A program made the translations under genes and the position numbers. 64,000 bases of DNA from Negaprion brevirostris (taxonomy: Eukaryota): contig JARDVH010000106.1 of NCBI GenBank assembly GCA_030324005.1, forward strand, positions 72,167,458 to 72,231,457, in the 5' to 3' direction. Within the stretch, counting starts at the first letter, position 1; each line of letters opens with the position of its first letter. This document shows, in pieces, positions 63,700-64,000 of this stretch. The notes under the pieces are model-generated. The model worked only from the letters and a program-made list of their open reading frames with translations, was not told where the DNA came from and ran no database searches.

Positions 63700-64000
63700 T
63701 CATAAGAACGTTGGACCCTTAGAGGATGAGAGGGGGGACTTNNNNNNNNNNNNNNNNNNNNNNNNNNNNNNNNNNNNNNNNNNNNNNNNNNNNNNNNNNN
63801 NNNNNNNNNNNNNNNNNNNNNNNNNNNNNNNNNNNNNNNNNGTTGATGGGTTTTTGATAAGCGAGGAGATTAAGGGTTATGGGGAGAGGGCGGGAATGTG
63901 GAACTGAGCCACGACAGACCAGCCATGGTCTTATTGAATGGCAGGGCAGGCTCGAAGGGCTCGATGGCCTACTCCTGCTCCTATTTCTTATGTTCTTATA
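63700..64000 (+). mobile_element. Young CR1 3' end
   Basis: RRMRGD / VDGFLISEEIKGYGERAGMWN*, 3'UTR and TTCTTATGTTCTTAT tail. Confidence 0.9.

Overview
Repeat-saturated vertebrate DNA from a gappy draft assembly. The repeat complement (HE1-type V-SINEs, DeuSINE/SacSINE1-like SINEs, abundant CR1 with (TTCTTATG)n tails, Rex1/Babar, Penelope-like elements) points to a cartilaginous fish, probably a shark. I find no intact, recognisable host protein-coding gene. Most of the window is nested, decayed mobile elements: CR1, L2, RTE and Rex1 LINEs, two Gypsy LTR relics, several PIF/Harbinger relics (HARBI1-type DDE nuclease plus Myb/SANT-like partner), a Charlie/Buster-type hAT transposase and GIY-YIG Penelope elements. 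Notable non-TE items are a CpG island at ~33.4-33.7 kb that looks like a bidirectional promoter with a splice donor on each side, a histone H4 pseudogene inside an old CR1 flanked by a 9-bp direct repeat, and two tRNA-like relics near 63.2-63.4 kb. The most interesting signal is a set of minimal type-I hammerhead ribozyme motifs in Penelope termini, two of them in palindromic elements. Family names come from motif recognition by eye, not database searches, and TE boundaries are approximate (roughly +/-20-50 bp).
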